A program made the position numbers and the translations under genes. Positions 36,541 through 50,275 of a DNA stretch of 64,000 nucleotides are shown in pieces. Positions within the stretch are counted from its first letter, which is position 1. Every line of letters begins with the position of its first letter. The notes under the pieces were generated by a model. That model saw nothing but the letters and a program-made list of their open reading frames with translations. It did not search any database and was not told the DNA's origin. The DNA comes from Podarcis erhardii (lineage: Eukaryota): the NCBI GenBank assembly GCA_964252035.1, contig OZ176211.1; one strand, written 5' to 3'.

Positions 36541-39500
36541 AAGTGTAATTCAGATACATAGGCTACAAAAAACAAACATTAATGAATCTTAGTCTTTGCA
36601 TTCATAAGCCAGAATCTACTTCAGCTGATGCATGCATGCATGCATGCAGTTGGCAGGTTAGGGCAGGGATAGCAATATAGTGCTGCAATTGTAGTGCCAT
36701 TTACCTGGGAGAAAGCCCCAATGAATCCAGTAGGACTCACTCTGAGTAGACATGGTAGGAGTTGCACTGGTAGGAGATCAAAAAGCAGAGATAAACAATG
36801 GATCACCCAGCAGCTCCTCAATTCTGGCAGTCCCTTTCAGCTTTCTATGCTTTTGGGTGGGTGAGCCTGCAAAACTGTCAACCAGATAGAAGCAGGTTGT
36901 TATCATGTGGTGATGCATATTGCACATGATGTGTATTATGCAGATGTAAGTCACAGACTGAAACATTCATTGATTTTTGCATGGCTTTTGAGAACAAACT
37001 TCTAGGTTTCTAAAAAGTATTGGAAGCAGAATATAAAAGATGTGTCAGCCCTTTCTGTCAATGTCCCTGATTGCAAGATTTGCTTTGGGCTTTTAGTGTA
37101 TAAGCTTTTCAAGAACAGAAAAGAGATAAAAAATACAGAGATCCTCTCAGGGATTTCAGTGACAAAAAAAAGTACTGATGTGTTGTCATATAAACAGTGA
37201 AAGTGGCGCAACTTGTTATTAAAATACAACTTTTTCAAAAATGTGAATTTCAGCGCAGGTTGAGTGAATGAACAAGCTAATTTTTTTGTACAATGGAGCA
37301 GAATTGTTTCATTCTATAACTAAAGCTAGTCAGGGGGCGGGGAGAAGAATCTGTGCAGTATATTTGTTTCGAACGATTGTAAAAGTGTTCTTTGTCCCTT
37401 ACAGCAAAGAGATGATCTATATGTCTGTTTAATTTCCAATAAACTAGTTTGTTTATGCCTGCTAGGCAGACTTTCTACTTTAATGGGCTTGTTCCAATTG
37501 CTTTTCACACACTCCAGTTACCATTCATAAAGAGTAAGAACATATTAGACATGAATAGGGTTAGAAGGTTTTTATTCTGGAACTTTAATCCTCATGGAAG
37601 CTGGCTTAATGTTGCTCTGTGAATCTCTCTCTCTCTCGCGCGCGCGCTCTCTCTCTCGCAGTAAAAATGTTTACTGCGTTTTCTAAAACTGGCTACTAGT
37701 TCACATAAAATAACAGCTATAAAGATATCACCCTAGCCCGTGATCTTGGCCACATTTATAGGGAAGCCGAGGCCCATTGGATCAACATGTAATGTTAAAC
37801 GATGCCAGAGTCCCAGTGAAAATGCTGCTATCAGAGTGGAGGAGAAATTTCAGTGAGAAATGTAGGTTTGATCTTTCTGCTGAGTGAGAGCAAGTTTCAG
37901 GATGGTGTCACAGCATTCTTCCATGAAAGATTCTCATAAATTTACCACCTCCCTCCCTCCCCTCCTACTCATCTGCAGGAATACACATGGGTTCGTGCGA
38001 GCATTACAATGGGCCACAACAGGACATCTATACAGTCTTCCTATAACCCCATCCAATATGGCTGTGCACCAGATTCGCTCCAGGTCCATGCCCCTAGCTT
38101 AAAATTGAACCTATTCATAGGGATTTGGACATTGGCCAAGTTGGGTAGAGACATCCATGGATCGCTGTTGGTAAGGATGCATGGCCCATAAGGACCCAAG
38201 GCTCTGGGGGTGGGGCATCAGGCAGGAAGGAAAAGCAAGCAGTGTTTGGGAAAACCCCATGTAGAGGCTTAGACCAACTTGACTGTGTCTTCCTGGGAGA
38301 AGCTAGAAGCCCACAACCACCTGGTACTCCCTCCTTCCTGGCATTCCATCCCTGAACAGGTACCTCACACAGGATTGATGCCTGTGTGCACCAGCTGTTG
38401 AGCCATCACACCTTCAGGTTGCTCCTTTGCAAGTGGCTTCCCTGCAGAGAACCTGCTTGCAAAGGGACACCCTACAATTGACCCCTCTGCTCTCGATCAG
38501 GAGAAGGGAAGGAGACACATGCCCCTCTACCATTCCATATACAGTAGCCAGCTGAACTGGCAACCAAATCTGAATTCAACATTAGTGAAAGGAGAGCATC
38601 TTTCACCACATAAAAGACGATGTCACAACAGAGAGGAATGGTGGGGCATTCAGGAGGAACAGTTAGGCGTTGCAGCTGTTGCCCCCCAGCACCGGCCACA
38701 TGAGGTGGGTTCCTCACTTTGCCTAATGATGGGGTTGCCCTGCGTCCAGTGCCCTTCCAGCCATGCACATTTCTAGTTTGAAGCCTACCAGTAGCTAGGG
38801 TGGCAGGGATCTGTTGTAGCTATCTAATGGTAACTTAATTTTAAATTATTATGATCATTTAAAAAGAATGCATCTATGAACTCTTATGGGGAGTTAGGTA
38901 ATTATTCTTAATCCTCAAGCAAGCATGCACAGAATAGAAGCTGTACATTGTATTTTCAACATTTCTCTGGTGGATATACCTTCTATGCATAAATAAGAAG
39001 AATGGGGAGAGGGAAACCAAAATTTCAAAATAGGTACGTTGATTAACATCTTGAAACCACTACAAGGGCTTTTGTTGATAAGCGTCAATTAAAGTGAACA
39101 TGTGTCTACAGCTTTCCTTCATTTGCCACGAGACACATATTATGCTACATTTGCTACTTTCATTAAGCGCCTGGCTTTGTAAGGAGAGTTTAAAAAATAA
39201 CACACCCCTAATATGGTGATTAAGCCCTGCAGCTTGAACCATAATAATTCAGTATAGATGTTTGTTGTGCTTTCTTTCTTCATGGGTGGCTGAAACTGAA
39301 TGTATAATAGTGAATATATTGGGGGGGGGAGGACTTTAAGTGACTGTGAAATTAAGCTCCCATCCAGGTTCTTTGGAGTTAAGCAGGACTAAACAGTTGT
39401 GCAGTGTGAGGTGTTTGTGGTCAAAGCTTCGCATAGTGGGTTGGATCCAGACTTAACAGCACAAGCCTATGCATGTCTACTCAGAAGTAAGCCCCACTAG

Positions 39501-40557
39501 GTTTCTGTTAGACTTATTTTCAGAAAAAGTATATAGGATTGCAGCCTAGGATAGCTGACTTAGCTCCTATTGAAATCAATGGGAAAAGCTAGTCATGACT
39601 TACATTCCATTAATTCAAATGAGAATTAAGTTCAACGAAGTTCTTCATTATTATTATTTATTGAACTTACATCCTGCTTTTCCTACCGAAGGACCCCAGG
39701 ATGGCAAACATACCCTCATAAAAACAATTTAAAAAATCTAAAAACAGTGAAAACATAGTTGAAAGCATCTAAAACAGTTATAGTTAAAATATTCTTAAAA
39801 CAGTGAAAACATTCTCTCATCTCTGAATCCATATGTTAGTTGCATGAAGGAGGCATCACACGATTACTGAAGGGAAGAGTGGCCTTACTTAGATGTCCAC
39901 ATTGATTGCATGCAGGCTTCTTCACTGCAGATGACTATAGTAATATGTGAATGACTGAAGGCAGTCCCACACAGCATGTCCAACACCAGCAATGGCACCA
40001 GTAATCATTCATACTAATAACCAATCCAGTTCAGTGTCTCACTCCAATCCAGTGTTTCACTTGCTTTAAAAAACAAAACAACATATAGCCAAGGAGGCCA
40101 TGATTGCACACAGGGGAAGGGGCTGCTTAAACCTTTCTCCTCTTGAAGTTTAATAATTAAGCATTACCTCTGTGAAATTGCTCCCCCCCCCGCCCTCTGG
40201 GTCTTTATTGTTATGAGTTTGGGGTGTTAAGCTATATGCCAGACCCTTCTAATCCCTGGAGCAAGTGCTAAAAGCTAATCAAGTCTTCTTATTCCTGAAA
40301 ATAGTCCAACTAGGTTCCTGGTGATATGGTGGGGGATTAAGGGGCTCAGTGCAAGAGCCTCAACAGACAAAGCCAGCGTTTGGAGTAGAGTTTTGCAGCC
40401 ATGGCACCTAGATGTAAAACAGTAATCTGGGAGAAAACAGAGAGACAGAACAATATTTGATATCTGTTTGAATCCAAGGCTGTGGCTATGGGAGAAACAA
40501 TACCCTTTGGGGTGTTAATGCTGTTAACGACTCCACCATAGGCTCAGGTTGTATATA

Positions 40558-40798
40558 CAGTGGTACCTTGGTTTACGAACTTAATCCGTTCTGGAAGTCT
40601 GTTCTTAAACTGAAATCGCTCTTAAACCGAGGCACGCTTTCCCTAATGTGGTCTCCCACTGCCGGTGCCCTTCCACCGTTCGGCTTCCGCTCTTAGACCG
40701 AGGTAAAGTTCGCAAACCAGGACACTACTTCCAGTTTTGTGGAGTTCCTAAACTGAATCGTTCGTAAACAGGGCTGTTCTTAAACTGAGGTACCACTG
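40558..40798. mobile_element. Tc1/mariner-type MITE (TIR CAGTGGTACCTYRGTTTA)
   Basis: TIRs and TA TSD. Confidence 0.85.
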
Positions 40799-41842
40799 TA
40801 TGTGTAAATAAACCATATATCATGAAGACACCACAGTCTCCGCTGTGCCTCATTCTCAAAGGAAACCCAAACCGTGGGTAAGCACCTGGACCCCCTGAAA
40901 TCTTGCATCACTCAAAGATTGGGATGGTGCGCAACAATATATTTTCTTCTGTAGAGAAAAGCCACTAGGGAGGGAGCAATTATTATTAGCCGTTACATGG
41001 ATAATGTATTTCCATAATATGAGCTGTTCACTGAATTTAGTTTTTCTTGTAGGCCAAGCTGAAAGCTCCTTAGTTTTTCTATATTTAGAATACACAATCT
41101 GAGCAGTAATAAATGTAGACCATTCGGCAACACATTTAGGCTGCTGTTTGATATATTTTTGGAGTTTTTGATACTTAAAAAGCAAAGGATGTCACTTTCT
41201 GTTTGAGAGGAAAATATAACGCTAGGCAAAAAACATCATGAGTGGTGACATCTTCACTATTTATTCTGTCTGCTTTACTTTAAATTTGAATCTGCCTCTG
41301 GGAGTGCTGCATTCCACATCCAAAGCTCCTTTGGATCTAGCTAGCTTAGAAGGAGTGAGTTATATGACTTGGTGACAGTCCGCTCATAGAAAACAGCAGG
41401 ATGTTCCTCTTCCTATCTGGAAAAGTTGTTTGTTGATGTTTTTCTCCCAATCAGCGTTGCTTTCATATTCTTCCTATGCACGAACCAGTTCCATAGCAGA
41501 AATCCAGTTGCGTTTTCAGATTTCTTTGATCATGTCAAATAGTGTTTTTAAGTAATGCAGAAGGCTGCATTCCTGCGCTTAGTGACACATGCATAAGCCT
41601 TGCTAAAGTCAGTGTGATTTGCGCATACATAATTGACAGCAGAATGTAACCGTTAGACTTCAGTGAAACTGGGCATGCCTCCTCTTGTCAAAAGTATACA
41701 CTTCTTAAGACACCAATTCTTTGAATTTCAAGCAGGCATGTGTAATGCATAACAGTTTTCTATTCCTCAAAGCCAATGAGCATAATATTTGGAGTTTGGA
41801 TAATTGCACGTATGACTGACTTCAAAGCTTGTTCTTTGTAAC

Positions 41843-42269
41843 TAGGGATGGGGATAAATTTTATTTTGTTTGAATTTTAATGAGAAGCTGCTTTATCCAC
41901 ACATTTTGAACGCACATGTGAACCAGTCACAATTATCTTTCTAAATTTATACGTTCCCCAAATTTGTGATGCAGTTCTTCAACCAAACAATGTGTTAGCA
42001 TATATTAGGGGATAGAGTGCAACCCTCACCATACATTTTTAAAATAGCATGCCAAAATACATTATATTTGCAGAAATTGCTTGTAGAAATGCATAAAACT
42101 ACGTTCCAAAAGTGTATATTTGGAGAAATTATTAATACAATGCTGATGAATTTTCATGAGGACTTTTTTATAATGCAAATAGCTGAAAAAAAGTGTGGAG
42201 AACTGAATTTAGGTTGGGAGAAAGGAGAAACTGAAGGAAACTGTAATTGGAATATTCATCCCCATTTAA
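41843..42269 (+). mobile_element. Older copy of the TAGGGATGGG hAT-MITE family
   Basis: TAGGGATGGGG left end; shared internal motifs (aaatgcat, ggagaactgaattt); degenerate right TIR. Confidence 0.55.
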
Positions 42270-44693
42270 CACACTGCAGTGTTAAACAGATTTTCTGAGA
42301 AGAAAAAGGAGGTGGCAGCACCAAGAGGGCTGAAAGACCCTTAGAAGGAGACAAAGCCTTGAAAGAATGTTCAAAGTGGAAACATTTACAGGAAATGCAA
42401 AATGCCCAGTGCATTTTGGTGTATCACCTTCTTCAGGTACAAAGAAGACAGCAGTTGTTCATCTGAAGGACATTGTCTCAAATTTCTTTGCCTCTGGAGA
42501 AGGAGATAATTCATATATGAATCGAGCATGTTTCATTTCCCATAAATGCTTCCATTTTGAGTACCATTTCTTCCCTTTCTTGGCAAAAGGTCCCGTCCCA
42601 CCCCCGCCATTAATTTTACTGCCATAAATACATGATTGAACTCTGTTTGTTCAAATGTGTGGATATTATCTGGTCGTTGTTTCCAAATTGAGGAACATAA
42701 GGGATCTATGCTGGTCATATTGTAGCTTCCACATGTCTCCTCATGTGTTTGTTTTTTTGTTTTGCTCAGCAGCTATTTCCCCAACCCTGCATCGCACCCC
42801 CAGACTGTCAACAAGGAAATACTTGTGTGCATGCCCCGTAAGGGAAAAGTTAATGGAGGGTATCTGAGAGTGTGAAACCAGTGATTGAGAAGAAAGGGGC
42901 AACACACAACCATGTGGTAACTTCTCAGCAAACACTACCCAGTGGGAAATGTCAGTGTATAGGTATCAGAGACAAAAGAAATGTAAAGTGCTTTTGTATA
43001 GACAAAAGTATACAAATGCAGACACAAAAGGAATGGATCTGTGTGACCCACGTGTACACTAATACCACGATATTGACACAACTTCAGTCTGACTGATGCC
43101 TTTCTCTGTACCATGTGTGCTGTTGGTTGGTTTGGTTATTAAATTTATATTTCAAAGCTGCCCAGGGTGGCAAAAAAAAAAGTGACAATACATCAAAAAC
43201 ATTTTAAAAACAATTCCAAAGCAGATGCAGACAGGGCAAAGATGTTGTGCTGATTCCAACTTTAAACTGGTGTTATTCTATCATATTCATCCAGAATGGG
43301 GTGTAACATTAAGGGTATCATATCCATATGTGTGCAAAATGAGCAGGTGAAGGGTTGCATAAATACATATAGGCAGGCCTTTACAATTTGTATTTGTTTT
43401 GCTCTGCACAGCAGAGACTTCCCCGACTCTGTATTGTACCCCAAACCATCAAACCTGACTTACGGTGCAGCAAGCAGTGGAAAAAAGAATTAATGGTGGT
43501 GAATTGTATTCAATGTCACTCTAAAACCACAGATACATTTGGGAAGTTTTTCAACCTAGCCAAAATATGCACAGGCGTAGGCTATTAAAAAGGGGCTGAG
43601 AGTATAGATTTGTATACCATGTTTTAAAACCATGTCATTAAATTTAGCATTAAAAGCTGATTGACTCCTACATGATGGCATTGGCTGGTCTTGTGAGCAG
43701 ACAGGCAAATCCCTGCATTTGCCCACAGTTCTCAGCATGATAGTATCTTGACAGAAGGCATCTTCACTTTTATGCTCATTCTGACACGTTTATAAAAAGA
43801 GCCAAAGGAAAGCTCTTTCAAGATTAATGAGAAAGGGTAGCTTTCTTTAATGCATATCCTCCATACACTTGCAATTTGCCAATGCAGATTCCTTATGCTG
43901 GGAACCAAAGCAGTAGAATGAGTTCATCTTATGCCAGACATATTAGTACAAGTTCATCATCTAATAGAAGATTTACATATGCAGTGGCCTATTTTCATAC
44001 ATGGCACTAAAAGTGTCTTTCAACCTCTCTCCCACTGCATGTGTGAATGCTGTCAGCTCAGAATCAGAAGTGAAGGAGAGCTATTTTAAAAATGAATGTA
44101 TATTCCAGCCAATGTGATTATTGAATAATGTATGTAGGAAATGGGGGGAAATGGATTTAAGCATCACTGTAAATATTCCATTAGTCACTGACATCTGTGA
44201 CACATGGCTTTTATTTAGAGTATTTATTTAGGGTGTTTGTGAACTGCCCTTTCTCTAAAGGAGCAATGGATGATATACAACAAGCACCAAAGCAAAATAT
44301 ATCAAATATCTATAAGCGCACACCCAAGCTAAAAAATTAAATAATAAATCACTAAAACATCAAGTCATGCATTGCTACTGTGGATTGAACCCCTCCTTAT
44401 CACAGTATCAAACTGTAAAACCCTGGGTAAATAAAAATATATTTGGTTGACGTCTGAAAAGCAGCAATGTGAAAGACAGACACACCGGGGGGGGGGGGGG
44501 GAGAGATAATTCCAAAGCTGAGGCCCCACCACATGGACCTTTCTGAACTTCCCAACTCCATGAATCCTGGCAGTGACTACAAGCAAAGCCCACCCACTTA
44601 CCCGCCAATCTTAAGAATTGAACTGGCTGGCACAGGAGTATGTGCTCCTTCAGATATTTGGACCCTGACTCATTTGGGGTTTATAAACTATTA

Positions 44694-45051
44694 AAGGTAA
44701 ATGTAAAGATACCCCTGACCATTAGGTCCAGTCGCAGACGACTCTGGGGTTGCGGCGCTCATCTTGCTTTATTGGCCGAGGGAGCCGGCGTACAGCTTCC
44801 GGGTCATGTGGCCAGCATGACTAAGCCGCTTCTGGCAAAGCAGAGCAGCACACAGAAACGCCGTTTACCTTCCCGCCAGAGCGGTACCTATTTATCTACT
44901 TGCACTTTGAGGTGCTTTCGAACTGCTAGGTGGGCAGGAGCAGGGACCGAGCAACGGGAGCTCACCCCGTTGTGGAGATTCGAACCGCCAACCTTCTGAT
45001 CGGCAAGTCCTAGGCTCTGTGGTTTAACCCACAGCGCCACCCACTTCCCCC
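44694..45051 (-). mobile_element. Sauria SINE with 12-bp TSD
   Basis: Full-length consensus-like copy. TSD TATAAACTATTA at 44682-44693 and 45052-45063. Confidence 0.95.
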
Positions 45052-46260
45052 TATAAACTATTACCAACACCTTTAATCGAGCCCAGTAGCACACAGGTAG
45101 CCAGCACCAAGCTTTTATTGGGTATAAGCAACGGTTCATAGGAAGTGCCTCTTTTCTATAGACAAAATGTGATGTACGCAGAGGAATGAGAGCTACTTTC
45201 TATGTAATGGCTTGATGGCAGTGAAAGTGCTCTTATAAGCCTCTCCATTATCAGGAAGCATAATAGGAGGCAGATTTCAATGCATAACTAACCAGAGATT
45301 GTGGCAAGCTTCTGTCGTCCTACAGTACCCATATATGTTGTCACTGCAAAATGTAGCCAACCTGCATTTCTTTACCCCCTTCAGCTCATATTCACCACTC
45401 CTTCCCACCAAAAACCTCAATTAGTATGGTGATTCAGTCAATCCACACGGAATAAGTAAATCTGCACAGGTTGCATTGATGTGCGCAATTTGCTATTCCT
45501 CTAGAGTTCTAACTTTTCCATGGTACCTAGCTGGAAGTTTCTCCATACAGTTTTGAACACATCTGGCCTTAAGCATGCACTGCAATTACAGGCAAAACTT
45601 TGTAGCAATCTGCTGTGACAGTTCTTAATAGATAGCTCAATAGACTTGAATCTCACTGCCACTTTCAGCCTGGAGGTCTCCCATGCTGCTAACAAGTGTT
45701 CAACTGCATTTCTCAGCCTGGAAGAATATAGGACTAAACAGCATGATACCGGGAGTCCTTTGGAGCTATGAATCATTGCAGAAGTGCTTGAGAGAAGTTG
45801 GAAATTCGCACACTCCCAAAAGTCTTCATGTCACATCTTATTTCTACTTTCAGAAAGAGTTCATAGAATATTAGAAGCTGCCGGTCTCCAATAAATTGCA
45901 TGCAACTCAGATGATTTATAGAAAAGTTATGTCTCCCTTTTAAATCCTGGGGCTTTTCATTCCTCTATTAGCCAATTTGTGAGGCTCTCCTCACTCTTCC
46001 AAGTTTTGATTCGTTTTCTGTCTGGGCAGGGGCGGAGGGCAATATTATGTAGTGAGTGCAGTTGCACAGTGATAAAACTCAAGAGTTCCCCATTGCTGAA
46101 GGCATCAAGAATTCATGAACCATTATTAAGATATTGAATAATAAGAGGAAGTTGAAGAATAGCAAAATAGTCCATTTAGCGTAACCTAAAATTTTCCTTA
46201 GGTGTGGAAGTAACAATTTTTAGCTTGCAATGATCAATAAATGGCTTCTATTCCCCCCTT

Positions 46261-46622
46261 GGGACGCGGGTGGCGCTGTGGGTAAAACCTCAGCGCCTAG
46301 GACTTGCTGATCACATGGTTGGTGGTTCGAATCCTCGTGGCGGGGTGAGCTCCCGTCGTTCGGTCCCAGCTCCTGCCCACCTAGCAGTTCGAAAGCATCC
46401 TTAAGTGCAAGTAGATAAATAGGTACCGCTTTATAGCGGGAAGGTAAACGGCGTTTCCGTGTGCTGCTCTGGTGCCGGTTCACCAGAGCAGCTTCGTCAC
46501 GCTGGCCACGTGACCCGGAAGTGTCTGCGTACAGTGCTGGCTCCCGGCCTCTTAAGTGAGATGAGCGCACAACCCTAGAGTCTGTCAAGACTGGCCCGTA
46601 CGGGCAGGGGTACCTTTACCTT
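46261..46622 (+). mobile_element. Sauria SINE
   Basis: gggacgcgggtggcgctgtgg head, ctagcagttcgaaagca core, tacctttacctt tail. Confidence 0.93.
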
Positions 46623-47640
46623 TTATTCCTCCCCTCAGAACTACCTTGTCTCTCTTGTCTTTATGAAATGGGTCATTTTGGCATTAGTCAATCCATCCAT
46701 TTGTTGTTGGCACCATTTGTGTCCTCCACTTCCTACCATATAATAATCTTGCTGCCATTAACATACATGAGATCTGTTCCTTATACAATTCTTTACTGAA
46801 TGCAGTTGTTTTTTCAATGGAGAGGAGAGCTAAGTCAGGAATAAGTGTTTGGCTGATAACCTATCCAATGATATAAAAAAATTAAGCCCTAAAGCTCTCT
46901 ACTCTTTCACATGCCCACCACAGGCAAATATGACCCCTGAGGTCCTCAGCCTCTCCAGCAAAATAGGGATAGTGAGTTATGAATATAGCTGAGCTTTACT
47001 GGTGTTAAGTGCCAGTGATAAATCAGTTTCAGCATACCTTTATGTCACTTTCGAATTGGAACAAGACCATAGATGTTACCACTAAGTATCAATGATTGTA
47101 ATATTGCAATCCGTCTCCCAAGCTTTAAGTGCAGAGTAACCAGTTTCAAATTTAAGATCCAAGAGGATCTTAGTAAGAATGGAGATGAGACCCTTTCGCT
47201 CCTTAGAACATGGTTTGCAAAAGAATTCATAAAAAGTCAAAGAAAGAGGGGACAGGGACCCTCAAATCTGCAAGCTGGTTGAGCAAAGGTTATTTGAGCT
47301 ATTTGAAACCAAGAAACTCATGTTCCAGAGAGAAATTATTTTTTGCAGATGAGAATTCAGAGATTCTGAATTGTCAGTAGGTTCACTACCATATTTACAG
47401 GGTGTATAGCCTTGACAACAAGTGATCTTTATCATTCATCAATATTTTGTCAAAATCCATTGGTCTCTTAGCTGCTGATGGATTCTCAGATAATTATTTG
47501 CTGAAGATTTTACTTTAAAATATTCACACCATTGGGAATTTTCCTGATGTAAACATTATTTAATGTTTTAATTCTCCATCAGCAGTCCATGGTTGGTTAA
47601 GTCCATATATCTAAACAACGTATTACCTCCAAATCTCAAA

Positions 47641-49578
47641 GTAAGTAAGTAATTTTATTTACGGCCATAGGCCCATACAGGTAAAAACGACACATAAATA
47701 ACAACTTGTGCACGTGGGAAAAACAGCCGCGAAAACACCACTATAACAATAAAATACTATAAGATAGAATGGCATACTACGCCTTACTTAGCTTGTAGTG
47801 CTCCTTGGCGTCGCTTTTGGGTAAGGACAGCGACCAGGAACCTTGCCACTTTCAGGGTCGTATGAGTATCCTTATCCTGCAAGATTTGGGCAAGGTGGAA
47901 TTTTGGTGGGGTACCCTCTAGTTTCTGTATGATTGATCCCAACAAATTTGCCCGTGGCACATTGAACAGGGGGCAAGTGAACATAATGTGCTGGAGCGAC
48001 TCCGGTGTCTCCTTATCACATTCGCACATGGCGGGGGCTTGGCCCTTTGAGAATCTATGTCTCAGGACGTTGGAGGGGAAAACGTTGAACCTCGCTTTGG
48101 TGAAGGCCAGTCTATGGGCAACAGTCAAAAGGGAGGAGAGGTATGATGGAACGCAGTAAGTTAAAGTGATACCAATGTTCTGAGGCGAACAAACACCTCC
48201 CCCCAGCATATAATTTCGCTGTAGATCGATGTCATCCAGTCTTTGGCGGATCAGTCTTAGAGCGGTAATTTGGTCTAGTTTTAGGGAATCTGAAGGAGAG
48301 ATTCCATAACTCAGGAGTTTGGCATGAATTCTACTAGTCCAAAGGCTAGAGAATTCATCTCGCCATAAGCATTGGACAAGGTAGTGGTTTGGTAATCTAT
48401 GCCACAATGATAACCAATAATTGAAGACTTGCTTCCACAGGCAAGTTTCTAAGGATGCGATCTTCAATTCTAGTCGCATGGCTGCGTTGCTTACGCACAG
48501 GGGGAGCATTAGGAGCCGACGTAGGAATTGATTTTGCAGTGTCTCGAGAGGAGCAAGATCTGTCATCACAGCCCAAAGCGGGGCAGCATAAGCAACCACG
48601 GCAACCACTTTTGCCTTGAACACCTTTAGGGCCGAGGGAACATGCAAAGCTCCATCCGAAAAAAAGAATCGGAGGAGCGCATATGACAGAGTTTTGGCCT
48701 TGTTAAGTAGGTGTTGAATTTGAGCTTTCCACCCCAAATTGTATTGAAAAATAACTCCTAGGTATTGAAATTTTAGAACTTGCTCTATTTTTGCTCCACC
48801 AAGCTTCCATTCGTATAATCTCCGGCTTCTGGAGAAAATCAGAATCTTGGATTTAACATGGTTGATGGTTAATTGGTTGAGTTGACAATACGTGGCAAAG
48901 ATCTTCAAAGCTCTGGTTAGTCCAACACGTGTATAAGATAGAATTACCGCGTCGTCCGCATATAAAAGGAGTGGGCAGCGGTAGTCCGCTAGTCTAGGCG
49001 CGTGTGTACTTAGAGATGAGTTAACTAGGGGTGCTCGCATGTCGCTGATGAATAGGTTGAATAGACAGGGAGCCAATATACATCCTTGGCGCACTCCCTT
49101 GTTTATTGGTATCGAATTTGTGAGGTCGCCCACAGGAGTAAGTCTCACTCTGGCAAGGGTACCTTCGTGGAGCTGACTTATAAGCCTTAAGAGTCTTCTA
49201 TCAATGCCCTGTTTCGCAAGTTTCTCCCATAGGATGTTTCTAGGAACGCTGTCAAAGGCTGCCTTTAGGTCTAAGAAGGCAGCACAGAGGTAGCCCCGGG
49301 GAGGAGAGGAGTACTTCCGTGCAAGGTGATAAAGAACTATCGCATGATCGGTTGTAGAGCGTTTAGTTCTGAACCCTGCTTGTTCGTGGCCAATCTGATT
49401 AGTCTCATCTACCCATCGCAATAGTTTAGTCAGCAAAAAGCTGGCATAAATTTTCCCTATGATCGAAAGGAGGCTGATGTTACGGTAGTTTTCCGGCTCC
49501 GTTGGAGAGCCTTTTTTATGAATTGGTACTATAATGGCCTCCTTCCATATTTTGGGGATGAGGCCAGAAGCGTTGATT
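47641..49578 (-). mobile_element. Young 5'-truncated RTE-X-like non-LTR retrotransposon
   Basis: Perfect 14-bp TSD CTCCAAATCTCAAA (47627-47640 and 49579-49592), (TTAC)3 tail and AATAAA. RT motifs QAGFR, DLKAAFD, KGVRQGCILAP, YADD; C-terminal CEC...HIMFTC knuckle. The RTE-X clade call is an inference. Confidence 0.9.
47784..49577 (-). CDS. Reverse transcriptase ORF (partial, stop-free, about 597 codons) of the RTE-X-like LINE
   Basis: The listed 550-aa ORF continues upstream in frame (INASGLIPKIWKEAIIVPIHKKGSPTEPENYRNISLLSIIGKIYASF) up to the TSD. Confidence 0.88.
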   Translation of the reverse strand: MNASGLIPKIWKEAIIVPIHKKGSPTEPENYRNISLLSIIGKIYASFLLTKLLRWVDETNQIGHEQAGFRTKRSTTDHAIVLYHLARKYSSPPRGYLCAAFLDLKAAFDSVPRNILWEKLAKQGIDRRLLRLISQLHEGTLARVRLTPVGDLTNSIPINKGVRQGCILAPCLFNLFISDMRAPLVNSSLSTHAPRLADYRCPLLLYADDAVILSYTRVGLTRALKIFATYCQLNQLTINHVKSKILIFSRSRRLYEWKLGGAKIEQVLKFQYLGVIFQYNLGWKAQIQHLLNKAKTLSYALLRFFFSDGALHVPSALKVFKAKVVAVVAYAAPLWAVMTDLAPLETLQNQFLRRLLMLPLCVSNAAMRLELKIASLETCLWKQVFNYWLSLWHRLPNHYLVQCLWRDEFSSLWTSRIHAKLLSYGISPSDSLKLDQITALRLIRQRLDDIDLQRNYMLGGGVCSPQNIGITLTYCVPSYLSSLLTVAHRLAFTKARFNVFPSNVLRHRFSKGQAPAMCECDKETPESLQHIMFTCPLFNVPRANLLGSIIQKLEGTPPKFHLAQILQDKDTHTTLKVARFLVAVLTQKRRQGALQAK

Positions 49579-50275
49579 CTCCAAATCTCAAACCTTCCAA
49601 CTTTTCTCTATATCATTTCATATTGATGGTGAGCCATTTGGGCTGGTTGGACTTTTATGTTGTTTCCAGTTTCTCAGCAGTTCAGAATCAAGGAATTTTG
49701 TTTTGTTTGCTTCCTTGAAAATTCCTCTCTTCCCGTAGTATTTTATGTAGTACGACCTTCACCAAATTCCTCTCAAATTTAGATACCTTTGAATGTCAGT
49801 TATCCATTCTGAAGAAAGCCATTTGATACAGGTAGCAGTATAGTATAATTTTATGTTTGGAATAATTTGACACCCACTTCACCCTGCTGCCTTTTTCATC
49901 TTATAATATTCTGATGTTAATATTTTCCCCTTGCTGTTTTTAATTTTTCTCGTGGATTCATCCTGCTTTATGCTTTGTTTTATGCTGTTTTCTTTCATTT
50001 GTCTTTTTTTTTTTTTTTGCAAAATGGTTTTGTGTTGCAGTAATTTCATTTTAATCTCCATTTGTAAATCTCTTGGAAAGCGGAATATCAGCTCTCTAAA
50101 TACAATATGATCCAATAAATAGCTTTTCCTGAACACATTTTGAAAAACATGGCTGTAGACCTCTTGTGCGAATGTGGGGAGGAGTGGTGCATAGATAATT
50201 TGCTGAAATAACTGAATGATTATCAGAGCGTTTGGACTTCTCAAAGAACTTTAGACATTAAAAGTTATAGCATGA

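Larger units (their letters stand above)
47045..50250 (-). mobile_element. Decayed L1 ORF2 remnant, interrupted by the RTE-X insertion
   Basis: Broken translations on both sides of the TSD resemble L1 ORF2 C-terminal motifs: LLRNWKQHK, PKWLT, MDFDKILMNDKDHLLSRLYTL, ALKAWETD...W*HLW. Many stops and frameshifts. Confidence 0.45.

Noticed and set aside
42447-42520. Terminal-exon candidate (YKEDSSCSSEGHCLKFLCLWRRR*)
   Set aside because: Moderate acceptor only; no partner exons or recognisable homology.
44640-46588. ORFs of 83-122 aa over Sauria SINEs (also 51398-51818)
   Set aside because: Chance frames in non-coding SINE sequence, recurring in every copy.
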